Part shown: positions 61,028-64,000 of the stretch, in pieces
Layout: each line of letters begins with the position of its first letter
Position numbering within the stretch: position 1 is the stretch's first letter
Source of the DNA: Balamuthia mandrillaris
Taxonomy: Eukaryota
Length of the DNA stretch: 64,000 nucleotides
Reading direction: 5' to 3'
Assembly (NCBI GenBank): GCA_031835245.2
Contig: JAVKOQ020000034.1
Location: 186,001 to 250,000 of the forward strand
Translations under genes and position numbers: made by a program
Notes under the pieces: generated by a model
What the model was told of the DNA's origin: nothing
What the model saw: only the letters and a program-made list of their open reading frames with translations
The model's database searches: none

Positions 61028-61624
61028 GAGTGAGACGAAATACCAGGTCCAGTGGTGTGATAGTGAGCACGCATGTTGGCGAGGTTGTTGAACTGATCGG
61101 TAAAGAAGGCATTCATTTCCTTTGCCTTTCGCCTTCCCACCTGCTGAAAGTGTTCTGTGTAGCCATTATCTTAGTTAATATTCTTATTTCCACCCTCTTG
61201 TCCCAGTTCTCTCTACTGCTCTTTTCTCTCCAGAGCACTTCTGCTCTCTTTTTGTCTTCAGTTCTTTCTCTCTTTTTACCGGGATCATCGGGAGGGACAG
61301 GAGGACAGCACACAGTCTGAGCGCCAAGCCTTTGCAGGACTTGTACTTTCTCTTGGGAGGTGCTAGCTGAGCATGTAAACAGGCACTTGTAACCCCTTTC
61401 GTTGGCGATGTGGACAAGCCCTATCCCTGTGTTGCCTGCTGTTGCTTCCACGATCCATCCTTTTACAAAGTAGAAAGCAGACGAAAGAAGAAGAACAAGA
61501 ACAAGAACAAGAAGAACAACAAGAAGAACAACAAGAAGAAGAAGAAGAAGAACAAGAAGCAGAAGAACAAGAAGAAGATGACGACGATGACGACGACAAC
61601 AACAAGAACAGCAGAGAGAAGAGA

Positions 61625-61668
<44 letters not shown>

Positions 61669-62053
61669 GAGAACGAGAGAACCTGAGAAGAGAGAAGCAG
61701 AAAACCATGAAGACAAGAGAAGAGAGTGAGAACAAATACAAACCACCAGGAGTAAGAAGGCCTTGTTGCTCTGCTTCGTTGATCATGTACAACGCAGCAC
61801 GGTCCTTTACGCTGCCGCCTGGGTTCATCCACTCTGCTTTTGCTGTTTACGTAACACGTAACACCACCACTGACTCATCAGTTTAAAGATGCTGCAGTCT
61901 CTATGAGGAGATGAGAAGCGAACCTAGAATTTGACAGCCAGTGGCTTCCGAGATGGTTCGCAGGCGGATCAAAGGGGTGCAGCCGATCGCCCCAGAGAAC
62001 CCCTCGCAAACGGGTGGAGCTTCTCTCTGTTGCTTCTGCGCTGCTCCTTCCAT
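60248..62053 (-). CDS. cysK: Cysteine synthase (PLP fold type II)
   Basis: Motifs [72 protein letters not shown] and [12 protein letters not shown]. Confidence 0.95.
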
Positions 62054-62145
62054 CTCCCTCCCTCTTTGTTTATTTTAAAAAAAAAAACTGCAAAAAAAAG
62101 CAAAAAAAAAAAAGGTTCTCTTTTGTTACACTACAGCACAAGAAG

Positions 62146-62445
62146 ATGAAGAAGAAGAAGAAGAAAGAAGAAGAAGAAGAAGAAGAAGAAGAAGAAGAAG
62201 AAGAAGAAGAAGAAGAAGAAGAAGAAGAAGAAAGAAGAAGAAGAAGAAGAAGAAGAAGAAGAAGAAGAAGAAGAAGAAGAAGAAGAACAAGAAGAAAAAG
62301 AAGAAGAAGAAGAAGAAGAAGAAGAAGAAAGAAGAAGAAGAACAAGAAGAAGAAGAAGAAGAAGAAGAAGAAGAACAAGAGGAAGAAGAAGAAGAACAAG
62401 AAGAAGAAGAAGAAGAAGAAGAAGAAGAACAAGAAGAAGAAAGAA
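62146..62445. repeat. (GAA)n microsatellite, ~300 bp
   Basis: Seen directly. It fills most of the EamA-cysteine synthase spacer. Confidence 0.95.
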
Positions 62446-62454
62446 CAAAGGTAC

Positions 62455-64000
62455 TCATGAACCAAGTTCTATCATCTCAAACTCCTCCTTGCTCGCTGCT
62501 CTCTTCTTCTTTCGCTTGTTCTCCTCATGACCGTCTTCCTCCTTCTCTTCTTCTTCGCTCCTTCTTCCCTCCTCCACCTCGCCCGCAAAATAAGCATCCA
62601 ACCCCAAGAAACGGTGATAAGAAGAGAACAAACCCATCTCCTCCTCTTCTCCTTCCTCGGCTTCATCCTTTGCTCGGCTTGGCTTGGCTCTCCAACTCAC
62701 CAAAAACAGTCCGAGAAGAATGAAGACAGCGCCGATGGCATCTGTCCCTTGGAGCGGCTCGCCCACGAAGAAGAACATCAGCGCGGTCACCAACAATGGC
62801 TGCAGGCATAAGAACGCTGATACTCGCGATGCTCCTATTTGCCCTATCACCCAGGTCAGCAACGCCAATCCTATGTGTTGTTCGTTTTGTGAGCAGTGAA
62901 CCACAAGGCAGAAAGAAGATTCGAAGAAAGGGAAAACAGAAGAGGAGAGGAACAAAGGACACGTACCAATGGAAGTAGGCATGACGGCAACGTAAGCGAT
63001 GCAAGCGCCAGTAGACCAAGGCACCCAAGCCAGCTCCTCCACCCTCTCATGCTCGAACAACAGCGCAACAGCAACAACAATCGTCCCTCCGAACAGAAAG
63101 CAATAAGCGTTCAGTACCAAAGGGGACCATCCTTCGTTTTTTTCTTTCTCATCTATTCCTTCCACTTCTACTTCATCATGCCCGCCTTGTTGTTCTTCGT
63201 TACGTTGCCGCCGTTGAAGAGACGCAGAAGGAAGCAACATGTCCTTCTGGAAAAGTATGAAACACGCAAAGAAGAGGGCGCGAGACGCAAGTAACAGCAC
63301 AGTTGCAAGTTGACTGCCGCTCTCCATCGAGGACGAAGAAGAACTAAACACATCCAGCCGCCACACCTCCGCCAAGACGAGAGCTCCGCCAACGGTACAA
63401 AGCAATCCTAAGCCCGTTCCCACCGACACTTTTTCTCTTCGAAAGATCAAAGCCAGCACTACGGTGAACAACGTTTCTGCCGGGAGCAACATCATTAACG
63501 TCATGGTCGACGTTGTTGCTGAAGAGGAAGATGAAGAAGAAGAAGAAGCAGTTGAGGAAGATGAAGAAGAGGATAGATCGAAGGCAAAACTGGTGCAGAG
63601 CATGGTTAGAGCTACTCCGGTGAGCCCCAAGAAGAACAGCCGAAGAAGTTCTTTGGAGGAGGGTAGGAAGTGACGACGGAGGGACTCCTGCTCAAAGACG
63701 AAGGACAGGAGGAAGAGAGTGGGCACGGCGATAATGACCAACGCAGCAGCTACCACCACCGCGGAGGGGGTGACGACGGGCAGCTCGTCCGGATCTCTGT
63801 GGTCGTGCAAGGAGGCATTCAGACTTTGATCCGTGCAAACCGTTCCCACGGAAAACAGTCCCTTTTGGTTGTGTCTAGTGAGCCCAAGAACAAAGAGAGA
63901 GAAGGCTAGGCACAGAAGAAAACGCAAGAAGGAGAGAAGGAAGCAGGGCGGGAAGTAGAGCAAGGAGAAAGAGAAACGACGAAAAGGGACAACTCAAAGA
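62455..64000 (-). CDS. EamA/DMT family membrane transporter; the 5' end lies beyond the window
   Basis: Multiple TM helices with FTVVLALIFRREKVS and IGASRVSAFLCLQPLLVTAL.FFFVGEPL...AIGAVFILLGLFLV. Confidence 0.88.

Overview
This is a gene-dense, intron-rich eukaryotic region with short GT-AG introns full of (CT)n and (TTC)n microsatellites. The gene content (frizzled/smoothened-like GPCR, CPW-type ankyrin genes, DM9 lectin) and intron style suggest a free-living amoebozoan of the Acanthamoeba/Balamuthia type; this is inference, not a database match. About 30 protein genes can be reconstructed by manual splicing: DUF4505, DM9 lectin, Pol-beta nucleotidyltransferase, DEP protein, MYND finger, LIM+fimbrin-type actin-binding protein, ubiquitin-like protein, SNM1/PSO2, a His-rich peptide, ACX4-like oxidase, F-box/WD40, Fz/Smo-like GPCR, RCC1 protein, Amt, PPR, penicillin acylase (S45), GDPGP1/VTC2-like, MogA/Cnx1G, DHCR7, BTB-BACK-SPRY, cysteine synthase and EamA. 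The most notable observations are: (1) three dispersed intronless 27-aa ankyrin-repeat cassettes, two of them 48 kb apart and sharing a conserved non-coding 3' end; (2) a GGATATCC-palindrome array resembling a transposon end that cuts off the start of MogA at a TA; (3) an 84-aa, ~58% His peptide with a lipidation motif; (4) a recurring bipartite promoter motif; and (5) several enzymes with unexpected membrane anchors or targeting signals. No rRNA, tRNA or CRISPR array was seen. Exon boundaries were placed by eye.
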